A stretch of 64,000 nt of DNA from NCBI GenBank assembly GCA_948891265.1, contig CAQUBD010000005.1:6725-70724 (forward strand). The letters are read 5' to 3'. This stretch comes from an uncultured Clostridia bacterium (GTDB lineage Bacteria; Bacillota; Clostridia; TANB77; CAG-508). The position numbers and the translations under genes are program-made. The notes beneath the pieces were generated by a model. The model saw only the letters and a list, made by a program, of their open reading frames with translations, made no database searches and was not told the origin of the DNA. Below, in pieces: positions 37,712 through 49,057 of this stretch (the stretch's first letter is position 1; every line of letters begins with the position of its first letter).

Positions 37712-38497
37712 TTATTCAGCTGTTTCTTCACTATTAGCTACTACTTCTTCCATTGAAGTTGGTTCTTCTGCTTCTTCAGCATTTCCTTCTACTACTTCTT
37801 CTGTTTCAAAGCTTTCACCTTGTTTTCCTTCAATAATTGCATTTGCCATAACATCTGTTATTAATTTTACAGCTCTTATAGCATCATCATTTCCTGGTAT
37901 AGCATAATCTACTTCTTCTGGATTACAGTTTGTATCTACTAAGCCTATCAATGGTATTCCCAATTTTTTAGCTTCTAATACAGCTATATGTTCTTTTTTA
38001 GGATCTACTAAGAATATAACTCCTGGTATTTCTTCCATGTCTTTAATTCCACCTAAGTTCTTTTCTAGTTTTTCCATTTCTTTCTTTAATAGGATTACTT
38101 CTTTTTTAGGTAATATATCAAATGTTCCATCTTCTTGCATTGTTTCTAAGTCTTTCAATCTTTGTACTCTTGCTCTTATTGTTCCAAAGTTTGTTAGCAT
38201 TCCACCTAACCATCTTTGGTCAACATAGTACATCCCTGATTTTTCAGCTGCTTCTTTAACACACTCTTGTGCTTGTTTTTTTGTTCCTACAAATAGAACT
38301 GTCTTTCCTTCTTCTACTTGTTCTTTTAAGAAAGCATATGCTTCATCGATTTTTTTAGATGTTTTTTGTAAATCGATTATATGGATTCCATTTCTAGCTT
38401 GAAATATGTATTCAGCCATTTTAGGATCCCATCTTCTTGTTTGATGTCCAAAATGAACACCTGCTTCTAGTAATTGTTTCATTGCAACTACTGCCAT
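37712..38497 (-). CDS. rpsB: 30S ribosomal protein S2 with acidic C-terminal tail
   Basis: [27 protein letters not shown] after a GGGAGGAAT RBS; the upstream part of the track ORF is leader. Confidence 0.95.
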   Translation of the reverse strand: MAVVAMKQLLEAGVHFGHQTRRWDPKMAEYIFQARNGIHIIDLQKTSKKIDEAYAFLKEQVEEGKTVLFVGTKKQAQECVKEAAEKSGMYYVDQRWLGGMLTNFGTIRARVQRLKDLETMQEDGTFDILPKKEVILLKKEMEKLEKNLGGIKDMEEIPGVIFLVDPKKEHIAVLEAKKLGIPLIGLVDTNCNPEEVDYAIPGNDDAIRAVKLITDVMANAIIEGKQGESFETEEVVEGNAEEAEEPTSMEEVVANSEETAE

Positions 38498-38606
38498 TTT
38501 TAATTCCTCCCTTTTTGTTTTTACTTCCATAAAGTTCATCATTTAAATAGGACCAATTACTTGGCACTTCCCTTTAAACTTGCTTTATGTGTTTATTACG
38601 CATAAT

Positions 38607-38635
38607 ATTATATCAGCATTTTTTACTAATTGCAA
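38607..38635 (-). promoter_or_regulatory. rpsB promoter (TTGCAA-17 nt-TGATATAAT)
   Basis: Read on the minus strand: -35 at 38630-38635, extended -10 at 38607-38615, about 100-nt leader. Confidence 0.5.
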
Positions 38636-38786
38636 GCGTTTTTTGATTTTTTCATAAAATTTTAAATTTCGGTTTTTTTAAGCTCTAATTTATATAAAAA
38701 TTTATAATATATCCTAAAATGCAGTGATACGCAGTTGAAAAAACTCATATTTATACAGATAAGCACAGTTTAATTAAGTTTCCGAC

Positions 38787-38968
38787 AAAAGCTTATAATA
38801 AAAAATGTGAAAATCAAGTGAATGTAGAGTAATCAAGCTAGAAATTCTTAATTGATTTTTTGGAAAGAGTTCAAGCTTGTCTTGGAAGGGTGCCAAAAAA
38901 TTAATTTAGAATTTCTGTGATGATTAGCTCGCCCCGAGCTTGTTTGAACATTTTTTATTATAAGCTTT
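38787..38968 (+). repeat. family C long-hairpin element, copy 2
   Basis: See 26713-26895; same orientation, upstream of rpsB as copy 1 is upstream of gap. Confidence 0.85.
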
Positions 38969-39107
38969 CTTAGATAGATTTTGGATGGCTGTGAATTGTA
39001 ACAATTTTAAAAAGCCAAAACTTAAATTTCACAAAATCTATTGATTTAATTTTTAATTTATTATAGTATATATAAAGAAAAAATGAGATTATACTAAGGA
39101 GGAAAAA

Positions 39108-39911
39108 ATGCCAAGAAAAGCAAAAGAAAAAGAAGAATTAAAAAATACTAAAACAAATAAAAAAATATCAAATTCAAAAGTTACAAATTCTAAAAAGACA
39201 TCATCTAACAGAACAAAACAATCCAAAAGTTCAGTCCAAAGCAAAAATGCTGCAAAAAGCACAAAAATCTCAAAAACTAGTACAACAAATAAAAAATCAA
39301 CATCTGTAAAGAAGCAATCAAAACCTATAATTACTGAATATTATGATTTACCAGAAAGATATAATCAAACAGTTGTAAAAGTCTTAGCTCAAACACCAAA
39401 AACTTTATTTATATATTGGGAAATTTCAGATGCTGATATAGAAAATTATAAAAAACAATATGGTGAAAACTTTTTTGAAACAACAAAGCCTGTTTTGATA
39501 ATTCATAATGATAATTTAAATTATAGTTTTGAAGTTGAAATAAATGATTTTGCAAATAGTTGGTATTTACACATAAATGATAGTAAGTCAAATTATAGAA
39601 TCGAACTTGGTAGACGTCCTATAAATACTAATAATATAGAAATAAAATCTGATTATATATTTATAACATCCTCAAATAAAATTGAAGCTCCTAATGATCA
39701 TATTTTATTTAACAATTCTCAAAAAATGGTTTATTTTAGAAATGTGAAAACAAAACAAGAAATTCAAAAGCCTATATCTTCTCTTTCTTTTATAAGGAAT
39801 ATGGGAAAAATCTACGATATTTATGACATTTACAAAGAATTATATAAAAATGAAGATGACTTTAATAATTTATCAAATCCATCTTCTCATACATCATCTC
39901 AATTCAAATAA
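39108..39911 (+). CDS. DUF4912 domain protein with Lys/Ser-rich N-terminus
   Basis: LPERYNQTVVKVLAQTPKTLFIYWEISD core, and the usual position before a GH57 gene. Confidence 0.65.
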   Translation: MPRKAKEKEELKNTKTNKKISNSKVTNSKKTSSNRTKQSKSSVQSKNAAKSTKISKTSTTNKKSTSVKKQSKPIITEYYDLPERYNQTVVKVLAQTPKTLFIYWEISDADIENYKKQYGENFFETTKPVLIIHNDNLNYSFEVEINDFANSWYLHINDSKSNYRIELGRRPINTNNIEIKSDYIFITSSNKIEAPNDHILFNNSQKMVYFRNVKTKQEIQKPISSLSFIRNMGKIYDIYDIYKELYKNEDDFNNLSNPSSHTSSQFK

Positions 39912-39954
39912 CTAGTCCAAAAAGGGTGTCCCTATTGGCACAAAGGAGAAAAAA

Positions 39955-41541
39955 ATGCAACAAAAAAAAGGTTATGTAAGTTTTGTATTACATGCACATC
40001 TTCCATTTATACATCATCCAGAAAGTGATGATTATTTGGAAGAATCGTGGTTATATGAAGCTATCTCAGAAACATATATACCACTACTTACAAATTTTCA
40101 AAAATTAGTTGATGAAGGGGTAGATTTTAGAATTACAATGTCTATGACTCCACCTCTTCTTTCAATGTTAGATAATAAATTATTACAAAGAAAATACATT
40201 AAATATTTAAAAAAATTAATTGAACTTTCAAAAAAAGAAGTTATTAGAACAGCTAATGATGAAAGATTAAATAAATTGTCTCATTATTACCTTGATAGAT
40301 ATTCTAATGATTTACATTTATTTAAAGATGTTTTTAATTGTGATTTAATTAGTCAATTTAAACACTTCCAAGACATTGGAGTTTTAGAAATTATCACATG
40401 TGGTGCTACACATGGATATTTTCCAATTTTATATGTTAATGAGAAAACTGTAAAAGCTCAAATAGCTGTTGGTGTTCAAACTTACGAAAGATATTTTGGA
40501 AAAAAACCTCGTGGTATTTGGCTTCCTGAATGTGGATATGTTCCAGAAGCTGATAAATATTTAAAGGAATTTGGAATTGATTATATAATTACTGAATCAC
40601 ATGGTATTTTATATGCTGATCCTACACCAATTTATGGTACTTATTCTCCTATTGTTTCTCCAAAAGGTGTTGTTGCTTTTGGGCGTGATATGGAGTCTTC
40701 TAGACAAGTTTGGAGTTCTATTAATGGTTACCCTGGAGATTTTAATTATAGAGAGTTCTATCGTGATATAGGTTATGAAGCTGATTATGATTACATCAAA
40801 CCTTATATTGCTCATAATGGTGTTAGGGTCCATACTGGTATTAAATATCATAGAATTACTGGTAAAACTGATAATAAAGATTATTATGAACCACAATGGG
40901 CAATGGATTCAGCTGAAAAACAAGCAGGGCACTTCTTGGATTGTAGAACTAGTCAAATAAATGATATTGTTTCCGTTATGGATAAACCGCCTATTATTTT
41001 ATGTCCCTATGATGCAGAGCTTTATGGACATTGGTGGTATGAAGGACCTTATTGGCTATACATTTTGTTTAAGAAGATTTATTATGATGATTGTAATTTC
41101 CAACTAATTACACCATCTGAATATATTGATAAATACCCTGAAATTCAAGTGTCATCACCTTGTCGTTCTAGTTGGGGTGCAAATGGTTATAGTGAAGTAT
41201 GGCTTAATGAAACAAATGACTATGCACATAAACATCTACATGTTGCAGGAGATAGAATGTGTGAATTAGCTTGTAGCTATCCAAATGCAAAAGGATTAAA
41301 GAAAAAAGCTTTAAATCAATGTGCTAGAGAATTGTTGCTTGCTCAAAGTAGTGATTGGTTATTTATTATTACTAATGGAACTATGGTTGATTATGCTAAA
41401 AAGAGGATTAAAGATCATATTGGGCGTTTTAATAAATTATATTATCAAATTAAAAATGATGATATTGATGAAAATTTTCTAAAAGATATATCTAAAAAAG
41501 ACTGTGTCTTTCCTGATATTAATTATAATATTTATGGATAA
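39955..41541 (+). CDS. glycoside hydrolase family 57 (1,4-alpha-glucan branching enzyme-like, DUF1957)
   Basis: GYVSFVLHAHLPFIHHPE N-terminus, WLPECGY, CPYDAELYGHWWYEG. Confidence 0.85.
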   Translation: MQQKKGYVSFVLHAHLPFIHHPESDDYLEESWLYEAISETYIPLLTNFQKLVDEGVDFRITMSMTPPLLSMLDNKLLQRKYIKYLKKLIELSKKEVIRTANDERLNKLSHYYLDRYSNDLHLFKDVFNCDLISQFKHFQDIGVLEIITCGATHGYFPILYVNEKTVKAQIAVGVQTYERYFGKKPRGIWLPECGYVPEADKYLKEFGIDYIITESHGILYADPTPIYGTYSPIVSPKGVVAFGRDMESSRQVWSSINGYPGDFNYREFYRDIGYEADYDYIKPYIAHNGVRVHTGIKYHRITGKTDNKDYYEPQWAMDSAEKQAGHFLDCRTSQINDIVSVMDKPPIILCPYDAELYGHWWYEGPYWLYILFKKIYYDDCNFQLITPSEYIDKYPEIQVSSPCRSSWGANGYSEVWLNETNDYAHKHLHVAGDRMCELACSYPNAKGLKKKALNQCARELLLAQSSDWLFIITNGTMVDYAKKRIKDHIGRFNKLYYQIKNDDIDENFLKDISKKDCVFPDINYNIYG

Positions 41542-41543
41542 AA

Positions 41544-41576
41544 GTGTGACAAAGGGGACGTACCTTTTTGTCACAC
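41544..41576 (+). terminator. hairpin GTGTGACAAAGG...CCTTTTTGTCACAC
   Basis: Follows the GH57 stop. The reverse-complement copy at 42513-42545 contains the ytxC-like stop codon. Confidence 0.7.
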
Positions 41577-41672
41577 TTTTTCTTGTAAACAAGCTCCTTT
41601 TATGCTAATTTGCATATTATAATGTATAAGTTTTGAAAATTTAGTAGATAATACTTTAGAAGGGAGAATTTC

Positions 41673-42518
41673 ATGAAATCTGTATGTATAAAAACAAATA
41701 ATTTAAATTTACTAAATTATCTACTAAATGAATTAGATTATATAGAAATTGAACCTGTAATTATTTCTTCAAATGAATTCAAAAACTATAAAAATATAAT
41801 TGTACACTACAGAGGAAATGATAATAAAAAATTTGTACACGAAATTTCCTGTATTTTAGCATGTCTAATTATAGATGAATTAGAAGAAAGTTTCCTAAAA
41901 AATATAATATTTAAAAATTATTTTTATTTTGACTCGATAGAAAAAAAACGTATATTAGATATGTGCTTTGATATATTTACTGATGATTTTAATTTGTATT
42001 TTGATAAAAAATATAATTATTTAATTAAAAGCTTTGAAGATTATCTAGTCATTAATAAATCTATAATTTTAAGTGGATTTTTAAATTTTAGAATAAAAGA
42101 TTATATGTCTTTTTTGGAAAACATTGTTGATGAAGCTGTAAATGCATTTGTTGTAGAAAAAGAATATTTAGAATTTGTCTCTTTGCTAAAAATGTATATA
42201 AATTCTCAGAACTGTAATTCCAATATTGTTCATTTAATATATAATAATGAAAATTCAATTTTACTAGATGAAAATAAAGACATAATAAATGTCTCTAATG
42301 ATATTTTTAAGGCTAAATATTTATCTGATATTACATTTTCTTCAAATGATTATGCTTTAAATGGTCTACTAACTCTCCTACCTAAAAAGATACATGTACA
42401 TCTCATTGATAATTGCGTTGATGAGTTTATTCATACTTTAGGATTAATTTTTGAAAATAGAGTTGAAGTTTGTACTGATTGTAATATTTGTAAAATTTAT
42501 AAAAAAATAAAAGTGTGA
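41673..42518 (+). CDS. YtxC-like sporulation protein (tentative)
   Basis: Size, composition and context next to gpr; weak recollection of the family pattern. Confidence 0.4.
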   Translation: MKSVCIKTNNLNLLNYLLNELDYIEIEPVIISSNEFKNYKNIIVHYRGNDNKKFVHEISCILACLIIDELEESFLKNIIFKNYFYFDSIEKKRILDMCFDIFTDDFNLYFDKKYNYLIKSFEDYLVINKSIILSGFLNFRIKDYMSFLENIVDEAVNAFVVEKEYLEFVSLLKMYINSQNCNSNIVHLIYNNENSILLDENKDIINVSNDIFKAKYLSDITFSSNDYALNGLLTLLPKKIHVHLIDNCVDEFIHTLGLIFENRVEVCTDCNICKIYKKIKV

Positions 42519-42545
42519 CAAAAAGGTACGCCCCTTTTGTCACAT
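42513..42545. terminator. bidirectional hairpin shared by the ytxC-like gene and gpr
   Basis: Inverted copy of 41544-41576. Confidence 0.65.
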
Positions 42546-42555
42546 TTTCATATTT

Positions 42556-43560
42556 TCACATACTTAAATTAATTCCACTTGCTACAACATCTTTCATATT
42601 TTCTATTAAATCATCTATTTCTTTTGGTGTTACAATTAGGTTAAACTCTCCTGGAAGCAATGCTTCTTTTATTTCTTCATAGTTATCTTGTTCTTTAAGT
42701 TGATTTAAATAGTCATTTGACTTTGCTTCTTCTTGTAGTTTAGTAATAAATAAATCTAAAGAATCATTTACAAGTACTGCTGTTTCTACAACTGTTGGTA
42801 TCCCTATTGCAATTACTGGTATCCCTAAAGTAGCTTGACTTATTTCTGCTCTAGTATTTCCAACGCCTGCTCCTGGTACTATTCCTGTATCTGAAAGCTG
42901 TACTGTACTACTTATTCTTTCAATGCTTCTTGATGCTAATGCATCTATTACAATTACAAGTTTTGGATTTATATTGTCTACTATTCCTTTTAAAATCTCT
43001 AATGTTTCAATACCTGTTGTCCCTAAAACTCCTGGTGAAATTGCACTCACCATTCTTGTTCCTTCTTCTACATATTGTGGCAAATAATTTATTATATGTC
43101 TTGTAACTTCTATTTCATTTATTACTTTTGGTCCTAAACTGTCTGGTGTTACATATATATTTCCAAGTCCTACTACTAAGATTTCTCCTTGTTTATCTAC
43201 ATGTAAATCTATTATCTTCTTTAGTTCATTTGATAATGTTTCCGCTGATTTTTGTATATCTTCGTCTTGTGCTATTCTTAATTTTTTTATATCTATTGTT
43301 ATATAATTCCCTTGTGGCTTTCCTATTGCTTTTTCTCCTTCTTCATTTGTTATTTTTACTCTTTCTACTGATATGTTTTCGTTTATTTCTTCTTTTTCAC
43401 TTTCTATACCATTTATCTCATTTTCTATACTATTTGCTTTTCTATATAAATCTCTTCTTTCTGATGCCAAATCAGTCCTAAAATTAAATTGTTTTTGTTG
43501 TAATTTACTATTATCATTTGAAGATATATTTATATTGTTTTCTAACATAAAAAACCTCAC
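42556..43560 (-). CDS. gpr: GPR spore germination endopeptidase
   Basis: FRTDLASERRD, VVGLGNIYVTPDSLGP, IAIGIPTVV motifs. Confidence 0.85.
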   Translation of the reverse strand: MRFFMLENNINISSNDNSKLQQKQFNFRTDLASERRDLYRKANSIENEINGIESEKEEINENISVERVKITNEEGEKAIGKPQGNYITIDIKKLRIAQDEDIQKSAETLSNELKKIIDLHVDKQGEILVVGLGNIYVTPDSLGPKVINEIEVTRHIINYLPQYVEEGTRMVSAISPGVLGTTGIETLEILKGIVDNINPKLVIVIDALASRSIERISSTVQLSDTGIVPGAGVGNTRAEISQATLGIPVIAIGIPTVVETAVLVNDSLDLFITKLQEEAKSNDYLNQLKEQDNYEEIKEALLPGEFNLIVTPKEIDDLIENMKDVVASGINLSM

Positions 43561-43630
43561 TTCCTTTATTTTATTGTGAGATTTTTTTTACTTTTTATTC
43601 AATTAATTTAATTAGATTTTTGTACTTTTA

Positions 43631-44332
43631 TTATTCAGCTATATATGATGTAGTTATTCCCCAAGAATTACTAGTATTCGTAATTTTTTCATCTTTAGTT
43701 AGTTTTATTTGTCCTTCCTGTGTGATACATACCCAAGATGGTTCTACATTATATGCATTAAGTGCATATTGAGCTAATACATAATTATTTTTTATTGCTT
43801 TTGGCAAATCTGTAAAAATAATAGTCCCCTGATTCAAATTATTGGTTAAAGGCAATTTAGTCTCATCTACTACAAACTCAATACTAACATATACAACATT
43901 TCCAATCTGACAATATCCACCTCCTGTTATTTCAACGCCATTTATGGCTGTTGGCCTAATATATTCAGTTGGTTTATAATTAAGCTTATCTTCCACTGAT
44001 TTTAATTTACCTTTTAAATCTTCAACTTCTTGTTTCAATAATTTATATTCTTCGTTTTGACTTTCACTTGAACTTCCGCTTCCATCTCCATTTATATTCC
44101 CTTCATTTTTTATCTCTTGAGAATCTATAAGATTACCATATTCATCTAGCATAGCTAATTCTTCCTCTTGTGCATTTTCATAATCACTTTTCGCCTTTTT
44201 AGTTTTATTTATTAATCCATCATTTCCTATTAATGCTGCTATACTTATTCCTGCTAATATCAAAAGTATTATTATTGTTATTACTAATGTTATTATTGTT
44301 ATTCCTTTTTCTTTTATATGTATTTTCTCCAT
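43631..44332 (-). CDS. pilin-like protein (prepilin-type N-terminus, coiled-coil stalk, C-terminal globular head), paralog 1
   Basis: MEKIHIKEKGITIITLVITIIILLILAGISIAALIGNDGLINKTKKAK... ends ...TTSYIAE. Confidence 0.6.
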   Translation of the reverse strand: MEKIHIKEKGITIITLVITIIILLILAGISIAALIGNDGLINKTKKAKSDYENAQEEELAMLDEYGNLIDSQEIKNEGNINGDGSGSSSESQNEEYKLLKQEVEDLKGKLKSVEDKLNYKPTEYIRPTAINGVEITGGGYCQIGNVVYVSIEFVVDETKLPLTNNLNQGTIIFTDLPKAIKNNYVLAQYALNAYNVEPSWVCITQEGQIKLTKDEKITNTSNSWGITTSYIAE

Positions 44333-44590
44333 TTTTTCCTCCTATGTATATTTTTCCCATTTATTTTTTTGTTATACTTATATGATTTTTATTTATATAT
44401 TCATTATATCTATAAATTAGTTACTTGTAAATAACCCTTTTTGGTTTTTTATTCATATTATAACCTTTTTATATAAATTATAATTTTAAAAAACCGAAAC
44501 TTAAACTTATATTTTTGAAATTTACCTTGAACGAGCATTTTTGAAAACTTCATAATATTTTATTTTTTATAATTATATATTTAAACATCT

Positions 44591-44632
44591 AAAAACACAA
44601 TAAAAGTGACTACTTTCGGTAATCACTTTTTT
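44591..44632 (-). terminator. pilin-cassette terminator
   Basis: Hairpin with a G-U wobble on the minus strand followed by UUUAUUGUGUUUUU. Confidence 0.7.
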
Positions 44633-44650
44633 ACATAAAATTAATTTATA

Positions 44651-45556
44651 TTATTCACATATATATGAGAATTCAATAACCATCCATCCATATTCCCAAG
44701 GAACATGTGCAAACATTATTTCTCCTGTTTTATTAATATAAAGTTGCTTACATACATAACCATTAGCTTCTAGTACATATGTGGCTATGCTAGCTGAAGG
44801 ACAAAATTCCTTTGGTATTGACATAAAAGTTTGTCCTGCAGGTATCGTTTTAGCAGCAGCTACTGTGGCTTGTACAGTTACTACATTTCCATATTTTCTA
44901 ACTTTACTATTAGCATTACTAGGATCTATATAGTCACCTACTAGTTGCAGATTACCTGTTGAAACATTTAACTTGTCTTGTTTTTTATTTATATTTTCTT
45001 CAAATGTATCTAATTTATTATCATATAAGCTTATTTTGCTATCATAAAGTTCTTTCATTGCTTTTACTGTAGAATTTAATTTTTCAATCTCACTTTTTAG
45101 TTGTGCAATCTCAGTACTTGAACTATTTTGCCCATCATTTTCAGTATTGTCTCCTGAATCATCTTTATTTATAACGGTTTTTCCATCCCATATATCTGAT
45201 AACAATATCTCATATTTTCCATCTTTAGTTATTATACTAGCAATTTTATTTGTATCTGTTTCATCATATTTTATATCTTCTTCTTTTTCTACATATTTAT
45301 TTAATATCTCTTTTAACTCATTTTGAGATAGATCCATACTCATATTTTCTGCTTGTTTTGCCATTATATCTGTTTGTATTTGTTCAATTATACTTGCTTT
45401 CTCTGCTTTTTCCTTTGCTGTTTTAGCCTTATTTATTAACCCATCATTTCCTACTAATGATGCTATACTTATTCCTGCTAATATCAAAAGTATTATTATT
45501 GTTATTACTAATGTTATTATTGTTATTCCTTTTTCTTTTATATGTGTCTTTTCCAT
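44651..45556 (-). CDS. pilin-like protein, paralog 2
   Basis: Same N-terminus; 45221-45546 matches 48721-49046 with one mismatch; ends ...EFSYICE. Confidence 0.6.
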   Translation of the reverse strand: MEKTHIKEKGITIITLVITIIILLILAGISIASLVGNDGLINKAKTAKEKAEKASIIEQIQTDIMAKQAENMSMDLSQNELKEILNKYVEKEEDIKYDETDTNKIASIITKDGKYEILLSDIWDGKTVINKDDSGDNTENDGQNSSSTEIAQLKSEIEKLNSTVKAMKELYDSKISLYDNKLDTFEENINKKQDKLNVSTGNLQLVGDYIDPSNANSKVRKYGNVVTVQATVAAAKTIPAGQTFMSIPKEFCPSASIATYVLEANGYVCKQLYINKTGEIMFAHVPWEYGWMVIEFSYICE

Positions 45557-45841
45557 CTTTTCCTCCTATGTATATTTTCTCCATTTATCTTTTTATCATA
45601 CTTATATAATTTATTTTATGCATTTATTATATCTATAAACCAATTACTTGTAAATATCTTATTTCGTTTTTTTATTCATATTTAAAATTGAAAGTTATAA
45701 TATATCTTTGAAATTTACCTTGAACGAGCATTTCTGAAAATTTCATAATATTTTATTTTTAATTATTATATATCTCAATATCTAAAAACACAATAAAAGT
45801 GACTACTTTTAGTAATCACTTTTTTACATAAGATAATTATA

Positions 45842-46315
45842 TTACTTCATTATTATTTTAAAATCATACACATTTGTATAATCTAATGTCATACTAGTAT
45901 TAAATTGTGTTTTCTCTCCAGACTCTAATGGTGATATAATTCCACCTACCGTAATAATTTCATTTCCTTCTCTATCTAGAAATACTACATCAACTAATTT
46001 TAACTCTGTTGCATTTTCACTAATGTTTGTTACATCCGCTAATAGTACAGTCTGTTTATTTTGTTGTGTTAATTCTATATTTGTAAACTTTAATCCATCT
46101 GTTTCTTTTTCTTCATTTAGTTTTGAGCTTATGTTTAATTTTGTTCCATTTTCTAATTCCTGTACTAATTGGCCTTGGCTTGCTTCTTGTTCTATTGTAT
46201 TCACATTATTATCTTTTCTATTTTGTTTTACAATAAATAGTATTATTACTAATATAATAATTAATAAAATTATATATATTGTTTTATTATTTCTCTTCAT
46301 AAACAAACTTCTCAC
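45842..46315 (-). CDS. hypothetical membrane-anchored protein
   Basis: N-terminal TM then a beta-rich domain; no family assigned. Confidence 0.5.
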   Translation of the reverse strand: MRSLFMKRNNKTIYIILLIIILVIILFIVKQNRKDNNVNTIEQEASQGQLVQELENGTKLNISSKLNEEKETDGLKFTNIELTQQNKQTVLLADVTNISENATELKLVDVVFLDREGNEIITVGGIISPLESGEKTQFNTSMTLDYTNVYDFKIIMK

Positions 46316-46369
46316 TTTCTTAATTCGTTTGAATCATTGTTACTAAAATTTGGGGTAAATCCCATTTTC

Positions 46370-48059
46370 TTAACTCCACCAGTGAACAGAGCACTTGCCA
46401 ACATTTCCAGCAGCATCGATACTCCAAAGATAATATGTTTGACCATAAGTATATCCATACACAGTAAGATTTAAACTCTTAGTTGGAGCTACATTAATAA
46501 AATTCGCTGGCATTATATCTTGTGTTGTAATTTGATAACCTACTACACCTGAATAATTTACTTCATTTTCAGCAACACTGACATTCATATGCCCATCAAT
46601 AAATCCATTTAAAAGATTAAACGGTGGATTTTTATCTAAATTAGTTACCTCAAAAGTTGTCTCTCCGTCCATTGTTGTTATAACAATCTGTCAATCTCGC
46701 TTTAACTGTTACTTTACCATTCGAGGCCATAAGAGAACCTCCACATTTGATTACGTTTGTTCTTTCATAAAAAAGCCATGGATTTAATTCTATTGTATAT
46801 CCTTGAACTGTTGTACTTACAGTGAGCATCTTTTCTTGAGCCCATGTTCCATTAGGAATATCAAGTGTAAACGTAGTATTTTGTGGAGTTAAATCAGGCA
46901 CTTTTTTAGTTTTTATACTATTCATATTGCTTACATTACCTGCAACATCTTTTGCCCATATATAATATATTGTATCTTGTGTCCTCCATGCTGTTTCTTC
47001 TCTTATCTCTAATAATATTGTAGCTGTGCATGCTGTAAATTCTTGAGGTTCCACACTTTCTGTAGTAATAGCATATCCTATTATTCCACTTTCTCCATCA
47101 TTTGCATTAAAAAACACACCATGTGTTGTACTTTCTAATCCAGTTATTACTGGTTTTGTTTTATCTATATTTGTTACATTTGCCGATGCAGCTCCACCGT
47201 AATTTGTTCCATCCCATAATCTTACATATATTGTTCCATTTGAAGTAAAAGTTTGACTAGGAGAGTCACTCCAATTTTTTCCGTCTTTACTGGTTTGAAT
47301 TATAAAACCTTCTATAGATGTACCTGCTGTTACAGTTACATCTTCTTTCGTCCAAGTATTACTATCTGTACTATATACAAATGTCGTATTTGCTGTTGTT
47401 AAACCTTCTATTGTCGCTGTTTTTCTATCTATTAATACTTCTGCTTTCTCCTTATTTTTTGCTATTGCAACTATTTTTATATTATATTTTTTATTTTGTT
47501 CTAACTCTAAATATGTGTATGTTTCTTCTGTTTTTGTATCTTTTAAACTATAATTTTCATCATCTTCTGATTTTATATAATATTCTATTTTTCCGCCTTT
47601 ATTATTTTTAGTCTTTACTTTTACTGTTATTGAATTTGTTGTATTTGTTATTTCTTCTATCTCTACTTTAGGTAATAAAGATTTCTTTGTTCCTATATAT
47701 TCAATCTTTATATTTCCATCTTCTTCTGTTATACTAAATACATAATTATCATCTATCACTATTTGTTTTTCATCATCTTCATTTACATCTGTTATATTTA
47801 AATTTTCTTTTCCTTCAATAGCATGTATATATTCATCAATAGTTATTCTATTTCCATCTCTATCAGCAATTTCTTCCATCTTTGCTAATTCCAGTTGCTC
47901 TTGTAAGCTTGCTATTTTTTCTTTTTCTTTCGCTTCTTGAGTTCTTGATAATAATGAATTTTGTCCTATTTGTAATATTGATATTCCTGCTAATATTAAA
48001 AGAATTATAATTGTGATTATCAATGAAATTAATGTTATCCCTCTATTTTTATTTATCAT
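46370..48059 (-). CDS. large pilin-like protein with tandem Ig-like repeats, continuous only with a +1 shift at CGG 46665-46667
   Basis: AAT GGA CGG AGA read as AAT GGA (C)GGA GAG gives ...NNNGGETTFEVTNLDKNPP, parallel to NYGGAASANVTNIDKTKPV earlier in the same protein. Confidence 0.75.
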
Positions 48060-48208
48060 ATGTACGATCCCCTTTCATCATTATTGCTATTATACCTATA
48101 ATTATATATTTTAATACTTCAAAACACAATAAAAGCAACTACTTTTAGTAATCACTTTTTTACATAAATCTTGGCATTCCCAATCCTTTTTATATTTAAG
48201 TTCGGTTT

Positions 48209-49057
48209 TTACTCACATATATATGAAACAGAAAAAGCCATATACGTATTTTTTCCCCAAGGTTGATGCCCTAACATTATTGTTCCCTCAGGCATAACAG
48301 TAAGTTCTTGAGTTACATATCCATTAGCCTCCACAACAGGGCATTTAACCACATCAGTAGGTCTAAATCCCTCTGGTACTGATAAGAATGGCTGATTTAC
48401 TGGAATATCTTTATTTACTAGGCAAGTAATATTTAAAGTTACTACATTTCCATATTTTTTTATTGGATCTTTATACAACAGTTCAATATATTCAGTTGTA
48501 CCTATTTGTGGTATTTGGACATCTAAATTATCTTGCTTTTTATTTATCTTTTCGTTAAAATCATTATTCATTGTTTTTATTTGACTTTTCAACGTATCAA
48601 TTTCTTTTCTTAATTCTCCTATTTCTGTTGATGAAATATCTTGGTCATTATTACTAGAATCTGGTTCATCTATAATTGTCTTCCCATCCCATATATTTGA
48701 TAATAATATTTCGTAATTTCCATCTTTAGTTATTATACTAGCAATTTTACTTGTATCTGTTTCATCATATTTTATATCTTCTTCTTTTTCTACATATTTA
48801 TTTAATATCTCTTTTAACTCATTTTGAGATAGATCCATACTCATATTTTCTGCTTGTTTTGCCATTATATCTGTTTGTATTTGTTCAATTATACTTGCTT
48901 TCTCTGCTTTTTCCTTTGCTGTTTTAGCCTTATTTATTAACCCATCATTTCCTACTAATGATGCTATACTTATTCCTGCTAATATCAAAAGTATTATTAT
49001 TGTTATTACTAATGTTATTATTGTTATTCCTTTTTCTTTTATATGTACTTTTTTCAT
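48209..49057 (-). CDS. pilin-like protein, paralog 4
   Basis: MKKVHIKEKGITIITL... after a GGAGG RBS; ends ...SVSYICE. Confidence 0.6.
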   Translation of the reverse strand: MKKVHIKEKGITIITLVITIIILLILAGISIASLVGNDGLINKAKTAKEKAEKASIIEQIQTDIMAKQAENMSMDLSQNELKEILNKYVEKEEDIKYDETDTSKIASIITKDGNYEILLSNIWDGKTIIDEPDSSNNDQDISSTEIGELRKEIDTLKSQIKTMNNDFNEKINKKQDNLDVQIPQIGTTEYIELLYKDPIKKYGNVVTLNITCLVNKDIPVNQPFLSVPEGFRPTDVVKCPVVEANGYVTQELTVMPEGTIMLGHQPWGKNTYMAFSVSYICE

